A stretch of DNA of 64,000 nt from Squalus acanthias (taxonomy: Eukaryota). The position numbers and the translations under genes are program-made. Under the pieces are notes generated by a model. It had not been told where the DNA came from. It ran no database searches and saw only the letters and a program-made list of their open reading frames with translations. Shown one piece after another: positions 27,701-42,700 of the stretch (positions within the stretch are counted from its first letter, which is position 1; each line of letters starts with the position of its first letter). Location of the stretch: the NCBI GenBank assembly GCA_030390025.1, contig CM059431.1, positions 158,846,001 to 158,910,000 on the forward strand. Direction: 5' to 3'.

Positions 27701-30700
27701 CCTCACAGAGCAGGAATTTAGAGTTAAACTGCCTCTTTTTCGTAGAGTTAAGAAAAACGACCTAGATCTTGCAACATGTGGAGGTTGTTTGAAGTATGTA
27801 GGAAGTAAAGAGTGGTAGCACAAGGCAACGGATTCCAGACAGTGGTGCTAACGACTTTGTTGGAGTCCGGAGCAGAGGAACCAATAATCTGGGGACCACA
27901 GCAAAGGGAGAGGATGGACCAGAAATAAAAGAGGGTTTCTGAAGAAGACTGTAAAATTAAGACGCTCGAGACCGTTAAGGGAATTGTAGATGATTAGGAG
28001 TCTTTCACAAATTGTCTGGGATAGGAAGTGAATGTTGGTCACCGACGAATGGGATTATGGATAAGTGGAACTGAGGGTGAATTGATGAAGTTAAGCAGTC
28101 GAGCTCTGGAGATTCTATCTGGCCGTGCCCAAAAGTTGTTTAAGGAATCGAGTCTAAACCTCACAAAAGCGTATCTAAATCACGAGAAAATGTTCATATG
28201 TTATCATATATCCAGAAAATTAAAATATGATGGTTGCGGACGGTGATCTCAGAATCCATTCGAAATTTATTGCTTGGAATCACTAGATGCTGCTGAGCAA
28301 TTAGAAATTGTCGTGACTGTCGCTTGTTAGCCTAAAGAGCTAATAAATAATGCACAGATAGTTAAAGAAAGTAACAGTAAATGCAAGCTCATTCCTTCTT
28401 TCTTGGGAAAACTAAACTGCGATACAGACCGGTGAAATTGAAATACTGTGAATCTAAATGTACTCAAAATAAATTTGATAGATATCAATACAACAATTAC
28501 AAGAACACACCATTGGGATAAAGTTATTGATAACAAATTGAAATAATAATTAAATCTCAAATACCACATCTGAAACATGACAATAGCTGGTAGGAATCAT
28601 AATTGAATGTACCTGATTCTAAAATGCCTATCGATGGAAGTAGAAAGACCTGAGAGATACTAAATAAAGAACGGCCCGGAAATAGTGGTCAGCGCGAAGC
28701 AAAGGCATTTGCTGCGGCCACAAAGTAAGCTTGACACAAAGATCTCGCAATCAGGTTTTCCGAATTGTAATTCAAATCAACGGAGCATCATTGGGAATCC
28801 CGAGTGCAAGCTGCTGTGAAGTCAACAGGCTGTCTAAGCATCCAACCAAAACGCAGAATTCTCACAGACAGCGAACAAGGAAGTGAATAAGCTGTTAAAC
28901 TTCTAACATTTAAAAAAATGATTGGGCGAACGAAACAAATATTGGGGCTCTAACATGGGGAAAATGCAAAGCAGAAATAAGGAGGAAAAATCCATTAAAA
29001 TAATTACATTTTCATAATAATGTTAATTTTTATTTAATTGAATAAAGTTGTCTCTGCACAAAATTTAAATTAGATTTTCTGGCCATCACATTTGTTTAGA
29101 ATTCAATACGCTGTTGCAATCCAGTTACACCCTTCCCTTTCAGTCAAACTTTTAGTGGGGAATTCAAGAGCACAATTACTGTGAAAGAGCCGAAGATTAC
29201 ATCACTTTCAATGATTTGAGAGATTTCCCTGATTACCAGCTTTGGGTGGGCACAGCGCAGCCTCTGCAATTTTATTGGAGTCAAAGATTGGGAACATAGG
29301 ACCGAGCGAACAACGGGCAGCAGATGCAATACCGGCCGTTTTTCGGCGAGGCCAAAACACAGGCCGTATCGCATCCATCGCCTGTTATACGCTGCGTCCG
29401 AATAAACTTGAATTGAGCTGAATATCGGGCGTGTGTGTAACTATCGGCAAATGTGATCCGGCCATTGTGTGTCCCCGACAATTAGAATTTCATCCTCCTG
29501 GACATTAACTTAAAATAAGTTCCTCGACATAAATAATGAACTCTCTTACTCTGAAAGTAAACGAGATCTTTTGCAATTAGATTTTGACATCGCCTACCTT
29601 CTTGATCATGTTTTGTCCCTGTATCTCTGTTCAGTATCTCTGACAATGTCGATTTCAGCTTGGGTTTTGTATTCTGCAGTTGAAGAAATATGTTCCACAT
29701 TGTTCTTTCTCCCCGAGCTCCCTTTTCCAGCGCGGTATCGAAAATGCGTTGGGAAGCATCGTTTCTGCGCTGACTTTCAGCAAGTGTACTGATTTCCTAA
29801 AAAAAATATTGCAATCATATTGAACAAAGTATTTTACAAAATCAGCTAAGAAACGTCGGTTTTCTTTCTCCCTCTCTTTATGGGAGGAATGAATAGAAAA
29901 GCTCACAATCAGGTGACCAATATCTATTTCAACGGGATAAGTTATCAGGAGCGTCTCGAAAGAGCAGATAATTGCAGACGGCCGGAGAGGATTTGAGAGT
30001 TAATTCCAGAGTTTACGACCGAGGCAGCACAACGCACGGCTACCAATGGTGGCGTGAAGAGAATCGGAGTTGTGCAATGGTTCAGAATTTGATGAGCACA
30101 GAGATCACGGAGGATTGTAGGGCTGGAGGATGTTGCAGAGATAGAGAGGACTAGCTTTGAGTCACCGAGGGAAGCTGAATTTTCACAAATGATATGAAAA
30201 AAATGTTAAGTGCCAAATAAAAGGGGAAAAGTCAGATTTCAGGAATATGCTTCGTGCAAAATGAAGCATTATTTGTTCTTAGTAACAGCAATGTTCTGGA
30301 AAGCGCACAACCTGCTTTTAGAAACTCAAACTGCTCAGATTGTAAAACAATGCGGGTGAAATTGGAATCGGCGAGTCACATGACAGGTGCTGATAGCGAA
30401 TGGTCGGCTCGTGTTACACGCGTCCGTATTTCTTTATCATTGATTGCAATTAGACTTCCGTTCATTTCAAGTATCATTCATCGAAACAGCAGCACAAGCT
30501 TATCAGTAAATCCTTCATCTTCTATATGAACCATTTGCTTTGAATACGTGAATAGTCCTGTCTTATGAGTAACTATTTTATTTGAAGTGTTTATGAAATG
30601 TGATCATTGTCCCGAATTCTGTCATCTGCCAATCACCAAATTCTTAAACTGTCAACGTTTTACCTTCTGCTCGTTAACCTCTATGTTTCTTTGATTTGAT

Positions 30701-33700
30701 TTATATAATCAACACCCTACATTCAATTTTTAAATCTACTTTTCATTTCCTTTTCTATCCACATCCAAGTAATTCTTGTATGTGCTCCACCCGTTTTATT
30801 ATCGTGTAATTCCTATATATCGTATCGCAATCATTTCCTTCTTGGTACCTTCGTATCGCTTCCCGACGGAATTAACTGATCCATTCCGTCCCAATATATC
30901 TGGGCTAGTGTGTTCTTCATTTGTTGAAATTGGTTATCCTGTACATATATATTGCTTTGATATACTGTTCTTCTGAATTCTAATGATATCATTGCTTCTG
31001 AGATATAAGTTATCCGTTTGCAGAAATGGATCCAATACTCATTCCTTCCCTGTTGTTCTGGAAACGTACCCATCTATCTCATGTCCTGGATACGTGGCAG
31101 ATAGCACACTCCCTCTTCCACCTGTACATCACTTCTATACTTCAGATATTTAAAGTCATCCATATCTCTGATAGCCTCGCTAAAATGTCTCCATTTTTTC
31201 AATATATCGTTTCCTCAATCCGTGACCCACCACTTGTGCATGATAATGAACTCCTCATAGTTAATGCCCAGTTTTTTCGATCGCAGGAATCCTGGGTGCG
31301 CAGGTCTGCAATCTGGAAAAATCTACGCCCTTACATTCGGGATCCCGGGACGCACACGATTCCGATCCTGGGCCTCTCCAATCTCCACTTGCGCATGGCC
31401 CTATTATCCCAGAGGATCAGGCAGATTGCACGGTGCCTGGGATCATGTGGGCCATGGGGAGCCAATCAAAGTAGGAAAAATGCCTTCATACACTTGACAG
31501 GAACACCTGTCAAATATATGAATGGAGATCACCCCAAAAACATATTGGCGAAGAAATTCCTTTCGCAGGCCGCCCGCGGGCGGAGAACTGCAATCTGGAA
31601 AAATCTGTGACTGGATTGGAGGGCTCCCGGGAGGCGCAGAGTTCCGTTGCTTGGTCTCTCCAAACTTCCGGTGCGCAGGGCCCACTTATCCCAGAGGCGC
31701 TTGCGGGTCACAGCGTCCCTGGGATCAAGCAGGGAGCCAATCAGAGAAGGGAATCTCCCTTCATACACTTGACAGGAAGACCTGTCCAATATATGAATAG
31801 AATTCACCCCGAAAACATAGTAAAAGCTAGCCGTAGCCCTGCTTTTAGCAGGCATACAATTTCTAATAGTTTCCTGCAGGCGGGGGTTCTCCAGAAACCG
31901 GAACTATCCGTCCGCAGAGGACATTCTCCAGGCTTGGCGTCCAATCTGTCAAGAGCATTCTTCACAGATCGGAATTTACGGATTTCAGCGCATGCGCTTG
32001 GCATGCCTGAAACCGGCATTTCCGATGTCCCTGCGGTTGTGTGCACAGCGCGTACACACCCGTAAGGATCGGAATATCCGGCCCATTAACGCCAAGCTCC
32101 CAGCCGTCCGCTTACATTAACCATGTCTTCATATCATAACTTCCTAGAGCATCATCAGACAATCGCTACCTTCAACTAATCAGCTTTATTCACCATCCTT
32201 TATTAATATGTGTTATATAACTTCAGGAAATATTCGAAAAGAGATCAGATAGACATCAAGGATGCGATTCGGAATTTTATTTTAAATAGGACATGATGGC
32301 TGTCGTGACAGGAGATGCCGGTAATGTTGATGTCCCTGAGCATTGGGCAGAAGAATGAACGTGAAGGCTTAAAGTTGCGTAACCCATGGACTGGATGAAT
32401 TTTGCGAGTGCTTGGTCAGACGTAGAAAAATGCAGATTTTTTGAGGTTGTTAATTATAAGTAATAACTGTAGCAGGGAAGTTGGTAGATAGGCAGGTAGA
32501 ATCCGCCATGCAGTGAAGTTGGAAGGAGAAAATAAATGGAAGCAACGACTTGAATATGTTCAGTAGAAAGTTCTAGAAATTGGTGCCACGGGCAGTGACT
32601 CACACAAATCGTCTCGTTAATTAAAATGCTCGTCTGCTTTGCTAAAGAACGGACAGAATTTCCCGGCCGTGAGCGACAGTTTATTTTAAATGTGTCAGTT
32701 AATTTCATTTCCTGAGATTAGATATATGTGGCTATTGGATTATCTATCCAGCTCCAGGATATCCATTGGGACTTTGCTGAGGACGCGTGTTGGTTGTGCT
32801 GCTAGTGGTATCTTATTCAAATAGTAATTACAATATTTGGCCCTTAATTTCCTTTAGGAGGCTGCCTGCGTGCGGTTAACTCCTGCCGGGAATAAATCTA
32901 CGCCCTTACCTGAGTGCTCCCAAGGAGGAGCCATTTCCGATCCTGGGCCTGTCCACAGTAGAAATGCGGAGGGCCCACCTGATCCCAGGGACGCTTGCGA
33001 CGCTCGTGAGCCCCTGAGATAGGTGGACAGGCGAGAGAATAGAAGGGAATCTCCCTTCATACCTTTGACAGATAGAGCTGTCAAAGGTATGAATAAAGAT
33101 CACCCCAAAAGCAAATCAAATCAATAAATACATTTTTCAAAAGCATCGCGTTTTTAAAATGAGTAACATTTAAATTAATTTAAATATTTTAAACAAAAAT
33201 TTAATGTTTTGAAAAAATTTATTATAGATTTTTACGGATCTAAAATTAAACTTACCTTATTTAGAAGTACTTAAAAATTATAAATGAGCGAAAGAATATG
33301 TATTTTTTTACTTTTTTAAACTCTTGTGCTCTGAAAAGCAGGCGTTACGCCTGCTTTTACCAGGAGTACGATTTTTAAGTGTTTTCAAGACCGGATGTCC
33401 TGCAGCAAGCGGAAATCTCCACCCGCAGAGGCCCTTCTCTGGGGCAAGCGTCCGATCTGTGAAGTTGATTCTTGACAGATCGGAAATGCCGGTTTTAGCG
33501 CATGCGCTTCGCATGCCTGAAACCGGCATTACCGATGTCCCTGCGGGTGTGTACACAGCGCGTACTCACACGTAGGCATCGGAAAATACAAGCCATTGTG
33601 TCTCGGCATGTTCCTTGCAATCCTGAAATTTGAATTAATTGCTCCTTGGATAGGATGCCATTTATATCCGATTACAGAAACAACAGTAACCCGAATACCT

Positions 33701-36700
33701 GCAGAAATACGGCCAAGATAAATAGGTTAACTGCAAGACGTTTTCCAGTGAATTATCAGTTGATTAGAGACTCTCTTACTGCAGATGGTTTTTGCATGTC
33801 ACTTATGCGGCACAAATGTTACTTGCTAATTATCCACCAAAACTGGCATGTGGACCAGATCTTGTTGCATACGGGCATGGACTGTTTAGTTACCTGAGGA
33901 ATTCGGAATGGAATTGACCACTGCAATCATCAGTGTACAGCCCAAATTCTGACCATATGACAGAAAAACATGAATTGATGATGCAGCTGACGATATTTGG
34001 GTCGAGGATTCTTCCACGATGAACTCATGGTTATAACATGAGATGCTGCTCTCTTGTTATTTAACGCATTAAAAACCTCAAGTTCTGTTTCCTTTGAGAC
34101 GATATTAGCTGTAATCTAAGAGCACGTAAAAGGGTGGGCCGTGAGAAGGCTGTTATCATTCACCCCATGGCTTTCAAGTCCTCGCACCACCACACCTACG
34201 ACGCGAAAATAAAGTCGACAGAGAATACAACCTTTAAACCAGCAAAGCCATGCCGTTCCAGACAGACTTGAACAATCTCCCACCAACTCGTCTCAAATTT
34301 AGGAGGCCATTTAGATAATACAAACATATATGTAGCATACCTTATGAATTGTTTCAGTAAACACGTTTGCATCTAAGAGCGATTGACTAACAGCTTCCAC
34401 GAATTCTTCAATTGACGATTCTAGTCTCTGACGGTAGCAGCCGATAATTCTTCCAAGATGGATATCGGTGTAGATCGCCAACATTAGTAACATTTTAGTC
34501 TCTGAATTTTCTGTAAAAGTGTAAATGAGAACAGGTTACAATACTATGTTTGCTTTGAAGCAATGAATAATCTGAACTAACTTTTAGAGCAGCAGCTTTT
34601 CTTCAGAGCCTTTCAAACAGTGAGACGGCCAATGGCGCCTCAGAGAGCAGGAATTTAGAGTTAAAGCTGCCTATTTTTCGTAGAGTTAAGAGAAACGACC
34701 TAGATCTTGCAACATGTGGAGGTTGTTTAAAGTAAGTAGGAAGTAAAGAGTGGAAGCCCAAGGCAACTGATTACAGACAGTGGAACTCACGACTTTGTTG
34801 GAGTCCTGAGAAGAGGAACCAATAATCTGGGTACCACAGCAAAGGGAGAGGATGGACCAGAAATAAAAGAGGGTTTCTGAAGAAGACTGTAAATTTAAGA
34901 CGCTCGAGACCGTAAAGGGAACTGTAGATGAGTAGGAGTCTTTCACAAATTGTCTGGGATACGAAGTGAATGTAGGTCACCGACGAATGGGATTATGGAT
35001 AACTGGAAATGAGGGTGAATTGATGAATTGAAGCAGTCGAGCTCTGGAGATTCTATCTGGCAGTGCCCAAAAGTCGTTTAAGGAATCGAGTCTAAACCTC
35101 ACAAAAGCGTATCTAAATCACGCGAAAATATTCATATGTTATCATATATCCAGAAAATTTAAATATGATGGTTGCGGACGGTGATCTGAGAATCCATTCG
35201 AAATTTATTGCTTGGAATCACCAGATGCTGCTGAGCAATTAGAAATAGTCGTAACTGTCGCTTGTTAGCCTAAAGAGCTAATAAATAATGCACAGATAGT
35301 TAAAGAAAGTAACACTAAATGCAAGCTCATTCCTTCTTTCTTGGGAAAACTAAACTGCGATACGGACCGGAGAAATTGAAATACTGTGAATCTAAATGTA
35401 CTCAAAATAAATTTGATAGATATCAATACAACAATTACAAGAACACACCATTGGGATAATGTTATTGATATCAAATTGAAATAATAATTAAATCTCAAAT
35501 ACCACATCTGAAACATGACAATAGCTGGTAGGAATCATAATTGAATGTACCTGATTCTAAAATGCCTATCGATGGAAGTAGAAAGACCTGAGAGATACTA
35601 AATAAAGAACGGCCCGGTATTAGCGGTCAGCGCGAAGCAAAGGCATTTGCTGCGGCCACAAAGTAAGCTTGACACAAAGATCTCGCAATCAGGTTTTCCG
35701 AAGTGTAATTCAAATCAACGGAGCATCATTGGGAATCCCGAGTGCAAGCTGCTGTGAAGTCAACAGGCTGTCTAAGCATCCAACCAAAACGCAGAATTCT
35801 CACAGACAGCGAACAAGGAAGTGAATAAGCTGTTAAACTTCTAACATTTAAAAAAATGATTCAGCGAACGAAACAAATATTGGGGCTCTAACATGGGAGA
35901 AATGCAAAGCAGAAATAAGGAGGAAAAATCCTTTAAAATAATTACATTTTCAGAATAATGTTAATTTTTATTTAAATGAATAAAGTTGTCTCAGCACCAA
36001 ATTTAAATTAGATTCTCTGGCCATCAAATTTGTTTAGAAGTCAATACGCTGTTGCAATCCAGTTACACCCTCCCTTTCAGTCAAACTATTAGTGGGGAAT
36101 TCAAGAGCGCAATTACGGTGAAAGAGCCGAAGATTACATCAGTTTCCCTGATTTGAGAGATTTCCCTGATTACCGGGTCTGGGTGGGCGCAGCGCAGCCT
36201 CTGCAATTTTATTGGAGTCAAAGGATGGGAACATGGGAACGAGCGAACAAATGCCAGCAGATGCAATACCGACCGTTTTTCGGCGAGGACAGAACACAGG
36301 CCGTGTCGCATCCATCGCCTATTATATGTTGCGCACGAATAAACTTGACTTGAGCTGAATATCGGGAGTGTGTGTAACTGTCGGCAAATGTTACCGGCCA
36401 TTGTGTGTCCCCGACAATTAGAATTTTATCCTCCTGGACATTAACTTAAAATAAGTTCCAAGACATAAATAATGAACTCTCTTACTCTGAAAGTAAACGA
36501 GATCTTTTGCAATTAGATTTTGAAACCGCATACCTTCTAGATCATGTTTTGTCCCTGTATCTCTGTTCTGTATCTCTGACAATGTCGCTTTCAGGTTGGG
36601 TTTTGTATTCTGCAGTTGAAGAAATATGTTCCACATTGTTCTTTCTCCCCGAGCTCCCTTTTCCAGCACGGTATCGAAAATGCGTTGGGAAGCATCGTTT

Positions 36701-39700
36701 CTGCGCGAACTTTCAGCAAGTGTACTGATTTCCTGAAAACAAATTGCAATCATATTGAACAAAGTATTTTACAAAATCAGCTAAGAAACGTCGGTTTTGT
36801 TTCACCCTCTCTTTACGGGAGGAATGAATAGAAAAGCTCACAATCAGGTGACCAAAATCTATGTCAACGAGATAAGTTATAAGGAGCGTCACTAAAGATC
36901 AGGGAATGGCAGATTGCCGGAGAGGATTAGAAAGTTAATTCCAGAGCTTAGAACCGTAGCAGCACAACGCACTGCTACCAATGGAGGCGTGAAGAGAATC
37001 GGGGTTGCGCAATGGTTCAGAATTTGATGAGCACCGAGATCACGGAGGATTGTAGGGCTGGAGGATGTTGCAGAGATAGAGAGGACCAGCGTTGAGTCAC
37101 CGAGGTAAGCTGAATTTTCTCAACTGATATGGAAAAATGTTAAGTGCCAAATAAAAGGGTAAAAGTCAGATTTCAGGAATATGGTTCGTGCAAAATGAAG
37201 CACTATTTGTTGTTAATAACAGCAATGTTCTGGAAAGCTCACAGAGTGCTTTCAGAAACTCAACCTGCACAGATTGCAATACAATGCGGTTGAAATTGGA
37301 ATCGGCCAGTCGCATGACAGGTGCTGATAGCGAATGGTCGGCTCGTGTTACACGCGTCCGTATTTCTTTACCATTGATTGCAATAAGACTTCCGTTCATT
37401 TCAAGTAACATTCATCGAAACAGCAGCTCAAGCTTATCAGTCAGTCCTTCATCTTCTATATGAACCATTTGCTTTGAATACCTGAATAGTCCTGTCTTAT
37501 GAGTAACTATATTATTTGAAGTGTTTATGAAATGTGATCATTGTCCCGAAAATTGTCTCATGCCAATCACCAAATTCTTAAACTGTCAACGTTTTACCTT
37601 CTGCTCGTTAACCTCTATGTTTCTTTGATTTGATTTATATAATCAACCCCCTACATTCAAGTTGTAAATCTACTTTCCATTTCCTTTTCTATGCACATCC
37701 AAATAATTCTTGTATGTGCTCCACTCCTTTTATTATCGTGTAATTCCTTTATATCGTATCGCAATCATTTCCGACTTGGTACCTTCGTATTGCTTCCCGA
37801 CGGAATTATCTGATCCATTCCGTCCCAATATATCTGGGCTAGTGTGTTCTTGATTTGTGGAAATTGGTTATCCTGTACATATATATTGCGTTGATTTACT
37901 GTTCTTCTGAATTCTAATGATATCATTGCTTCTTCGATATCCGTTATCCGTTTGCAGAAATGGATCCAATACTCATTCCTTCCCTGTTGTTCTGGAAACG
38001 TACCCATCTATCTCACGTCCTGGATACGTGGCAGATAGCACACTCCCTCTTCCACCCGTACATCACTTCGATACTTTAGATATTTAAAGACATCCATATC
38101 TCTGATACCATCGCTAAAATGTCTCCATTTTTTCAATATATCGCTTCCTCAATACGTGACCCACCACTTGTGCATGATAATGAGCTCCTCATAGTTAATG
38201 GCCAGTTTTTTCGATCGCAGGAATCCCGGGTGCGCAGGTCTGCAATCTGGAAAAATCTACGCCCTTACCTTCGGGATCCAGGTCCGCACAGGATTCCGAT
38301 CCTGGGCCTCTCCAATCTTCACTTGCGCATGGCCGTATTATCCCAGAGGCACAGGCAGATTACAGGGTTCATGGGATCATGTGGGCCATGGGGATCCAAT
38401 CAAAGTAGGGAAACTGCAATCATACACTTGACAGGAACACCTGTCAAATATATGAATGGAGATCACCCCAAAAACATATTGGCCCGGAAATTCCTTTCGC
38501 AGGCCGCCCCCGGGCGGAGGACTGCGATCTGGAAAAATCTGTGACTGGATTGGAGGACTCCCGGGAGGCGCAGAGTTCCGTTGCTTGGTCTCTCCAAACT
38601 TCCGGTGCGCAGGGCCCACTTATCCCAGAGGCGCAGGCGGTTCGCAGCGTCCCTGGGATCACGTAGGGAGCCAATCAGAGAAGGGAATCTCCCTTCATAC
38701 ACTTGACAGTAAGACCTGTCCAATATATGAATGGAATTCACCCCGAAAACATAGTAAAAGCTAGCCTTAGCTCTGCTTATAGCAGGCATACAATTTCTAA
38801 TGGTTTTCTGCAGGCGGGGGTTCTCCAGAAAGCGGAACTATCAGTCCGCAGAGCACCTTCTCCGGGCTTGGCGTCCAATCTGTCAAGAGCATTCTTGACA
38901 GATCGGAAATTACGGATTTCAGCGCATGCGCTTGGCATGCCTGAAACCGGCATTTCCGATGTCCCTACGGTTGTGTACACAGCGCGTACACACCCGTAAG
39001 GATCGGAAAATACCGGCCCATTAACGCCAAGCTCCCAGACGTGCGCTTACATTTACCATGTCTTCATATCATAACTTCCTAGAGCATCATCAGACAAACT
39101 CTACCTTCAACCAATCAGCTTTATTCACCATCCTTTATTTATATATTTGTTATATAACTTCAGTAAATAATCGAAAAGAGATCAGATAGGCATCAAGGAT
39201 GCGACTCGGAATTTTATTTTAAATAAGACATGATGGCTGTCATGACAGGAGATGCCGGTAATGGTGATGTCCCTGAGCATTGGGCAGATGAATGAACGTG
39301 AAGGCTTAAAGTTGCGTAACCCATGGACTGGATGAATTTTGCGAGTGCTTGGTGAGACGTAGAATAATGCAGATATTTTGAGGTTATTAATTATAAGTAA
39401 TAACTGTGGCAGGGAAGTTGGTAGATAGGCAGGTAGAATCAGCCATGCAGTGAAGTTTGAAGGAGAAAATAAATGGAAGCAACGACTTGAATATGTTCAG
39501 TAGAAAGTTCTAGAAATTGGTGCCACCGGCAGTGACTCACACGAATCGTCTCGTTTAATTAAAATGCTCGTCTGCTTTGCTAAAGAACGGACAGAATTTC
39601 TCGGCCGTGAGCGACAGCTTATTTTAAATATGTCAGTTAATTTCTTTTAATGAGATTAGATATATGTGGCTATTAGATGTTCTATCTAGCTCCAGGATAT

Positions 39701-42700
39701 CCATTGGGTCTTTGCTGCGGACGCGTGATGGTTGTGCTGCTAGTGGTATTTCATTCAAATATTCATTACAATATTTGGCCCGTAATTTCCTTTAGGAGGC
39801 TTCCTACGTGCGGTTGACTCCTGTCGGGAATAAATCTACGCCCTTACCTGAGTGCTCCCGAGGAGGAGCCATTTCCGATCCTTGGCCTTACCACAGCAGA
39901 AATGCGCAGGGCCCACCTGATCCCAGGGACGCTTGCGAAGCTCGTGAGCCCCTGAGATAGGTGGACAGGCGAGAGACTAGAAGGGAATCTCCTTTAATAC
40001 CTTTGACAGATAGAGCTGTCAAAGGTATGAATGGAGATCACCCCAAAAACAAATCAAAACAATAAATACATTTTTCAAAAGCATCGCGTTTTTAAAATGA
40101 GTAACATTTAAATAAATTTTAAATATTTTAAACAAAAATTTAATGTTTTGAAAAAATTGATTATAGATTTTTACGGAGCTAAAATTAAACTTACCTTATT
40201 TAGAAGTACTTAAAAATTATAAATGAGCGAAAATATATGTATTTTTTTACTTTTTTAACCTCTTGTGCTCTGAAAAGCAGGCCTTACGCCTGCTTTTACC
40301 AGGAGTACGATTTTTAAGTGTTTTCAAGACCGGATGTCCTGCAGCAAGCGGAAATCTCCACCCGCAGAGGCAATTCTCTGGGGCAAGCGTCCGATCTGTC
40401 AAGATGATTCTTGACAGATCGGAAATGCCGGTATTAGCGCATGCGCTTCGCATGCCTGAAACCGGCATTACCGATGTCCCTACCGGTGAGTACACAGCGC
40501 GTACTCACACGTAGGCAACGGAAAATACGAGCCATTGTGTCTTGGCGTGTTCCTTGCAATCCTGAAATTTGAATTAATGGCTCCTTGGATAGGATGCCAT
40601 TTATGTCCGATTACAGAAACAACAGTAACCCGAATCCCTGCAGAAATACGGCCAAGGTAAATAGCTTAACTGCAAGACGTTTTCCAGTGTATTATCAGTT
40701 GATTAGATAGTCTCTTTCTGCAGATGGTTTTTGCATGTCACTTATGCGGCACAAATGTTACTTGCTAATTATCCACCAAAACTGGCATGTTGACCAGATC
40801 TTGTTGCATACGGGCATGGACTGTTTCGTTACCTGAGGAATTGGGAATGGAATTCAACACTGCAATCATCAGTGTACAGCCCAAATTCTGACCGTATGAT
40901 AAAAAAACATGAATTGATGATGCAGCTGACAATATTTGGGTCGAGGATTCTTCCACGTTGAACTCATGGTTATAACATGAGATGCTGTTCTCTTATTATT
41001 TAACGCATTAAAAACCTCAAGTTCTGTTTCCTTTGAGACAATATTAGCTGTAATCTAAGAGCACGTAAAAGGGTGGGCCGTGAGAAGGCTGTTATCATTC
41101 ACCCCATGGCTTTCAAGTCCTTGCACCACCACACCTGCGCCGCGAACATAATGTCGCCAGAGAATACAACCTTTAAACCATCAAAGCCATGCCGTTCCAG
41201 ACCGACTTGAACAAACTCCCACCAACCCGTCTCAAATTTATGAGGCCTATTTAGACAATTCCAACATATATGTAGCATACCTTATGAATTGTTTCAGTAA
41301 ACACGTTTGCATCTAAGAGCGATTGACTAACAGCTTCCACGAATTCTTCAATTGACGATTCTAGTCTCTGACGGTAACAGCCGATAATTATTCCAAGCTG
41401 GATATCCGTGTAGCTCGCCAACATTAGTAACATTTTAGTATCTGAATTTTCTGTAAAAGTGTAAATGAGAACAGTTTACAATACTATGTTTGCTTTGAAG
41501 CAATGAATAATTTGAAATAACTTTTAGAGCAGCAGCTTTTCTTTAGAGCCTTTCAAACACTGAGACGGCCAATGGCGCCTCACAGAGCAGGAATTTAGAG
41601 TTAAACTGCCTCTTTTTCGTAGAGTTAAGAGAAACGACCTAGTACTTGCAACTTGTGGAGGTTGTTTAAAGTATCTAGGAAGTAAAGAGTGGAAGCCCAA
41701 GGCAACGGATTCCAGCCAGTGGTGCTGACGACTTTGTTGGAGTCCGGAGCAGTGGAACCAATAATCTGGGGACCACAGCAAAGGGAGAGGATGGACCAGA
41801 AATACAAGAGGGTTTCTGAAGAAGACTGTAAAATTAAGACGCTCGAGACCGTAAAGGGAATTGTAGATGAGCAGGAGTCTTTCTCAAATTGTCTGGGATA
41901 GCAAGTGAATGTAGGTCACTGACGAATGGGATTATGCATAAGTGGAAATGAGGGTAAATTGATGAATTGAAGCAGTCGAGCTCTGGAGATTCTATCTGGC
42001 TGTGCCCAAAAGTCGTTTAAGGAATCGAGTCTAAACCTCACAAAAGCGTATCTAAATCACGAGAAAATATTCATATGTTATCATATATCCAGAAAATTAA
42101 AATATGATGGTTGCGGACGGTGATCTGAGAATCCATTCGAAATTTATTGCTTGGAATCACCAGATGCTGCTGATCAATTAGAAATAGTCGTGACTGTCGC
42201 TTGTTCGCCTAAACAGCTAATAAATAATACACAGATAGTTAAAGAAAGTAACAGTAAATGCAAGCTCATTCCTTCTTTCTTGGGAAAACTAAACTGCGAT
42301 ACGGACCGGAGAACTTGAAATACTGTGAATCTAAATGCACTCAAAACAAATTTGATCGATATCAATACAACAATTACAAGAACACACCATTGGGAAAAAG
42401 TTATTGATATCAAATTGAAATAATAATCAACTCTCAAATACCACATCTGAAACATGACAATAGCTGGTAGGAATTATAATTGAATGTACCTGATTCTAAA
42501 ATGCCTATCGATGGAAGTAGAAAGACCTGAGAGATACTAAATAAAGAACGGCCCGGAATTAGCGGTCAGCGCGAAGCAAAGGCATTAGCTGCGGTCACAA
42601 AGTAAGCTTTACACAAAGATCTCGCAATCAGGTTTTCCGAAGTGTAATTGAAATCAATGGAGCACCATTGGGAATCCCGAGTGCAAGCTGCTGTGAAGTC

